Positions 63,840 to 64,000 of a stretch of 64,000 nucleotides of DNA are shown here, in pieces. The notes beneath the pieces were generated by a model, which saw nothing but the letters and a program-made list of their open reading frames with translations, ran no database searches and was not told the origin of the DNA. How positions within the stretch are numbered: the first letter of the stretch is position 1; the number at the start of each line of letters is the position of its first letter. The position numbers were made by a program, and so were the translations under genes. Source of the stretch: Rotaria socialis. Lineage: Eukaryota. Where the stretch lies: the NCBI GenBank assembly GCA_905331295.1, contig CAJNYD010000035.1, positions 372,001 through 436,000 of the forward strand, in the 5' to 3' direction.

Positions 63840-64000
63840 ATAATGCAGATTTCATCAAAGAGCAAAATTGATCTTTACGCTACCCGTACTCTTAAATTTC
63901 AAGAAAATATCAATAACAAAGATAGCCAAAAAGACTAAAAAAAATGTTATATATTTTCTTTTCAACATATTAATTCAATGATCTTATGATTTTAATTCTT

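Overview
AT-rich (~70%) eukaryotic genomic DNA with many short (~50-65 nt) GT-AG introns and metazoan-type genes. The composition, intron size and MITE content suggest a bdelloid rotifer such as Rotaria or Adineta (inference). Genes in order: partial possible Rel/NFAT-like gene (-), TIR+SAM-like gene (-), GMPPB (-), RNF123/KPC1 (-), MOCS3/UBA4 (-), SEC62 (+), TMEM14 (+), RBM25 (+), CAP/GAPR-1-like (+), BET1-like SNARE (-), neurabin/spinophilin (-), class IIa HDAC (+). Non-coding DNA holds several MITEs, a 3.3-kb hAT-like element with a nested ~700-bp palindrome, and assembly gaps. The most striking item is inside an RBM25 intron: a box C/D snoRNA matching SNORD59/snR54. It is directly preceded by tRNA-like A/B boxes and followed by a T5 run, so it looks like a self-contained Pol III snoRNA unit nested in a Pol II intron. 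Gene models were spliced by eye, so exon boundaries and start codons need RNA-seq confirmation.
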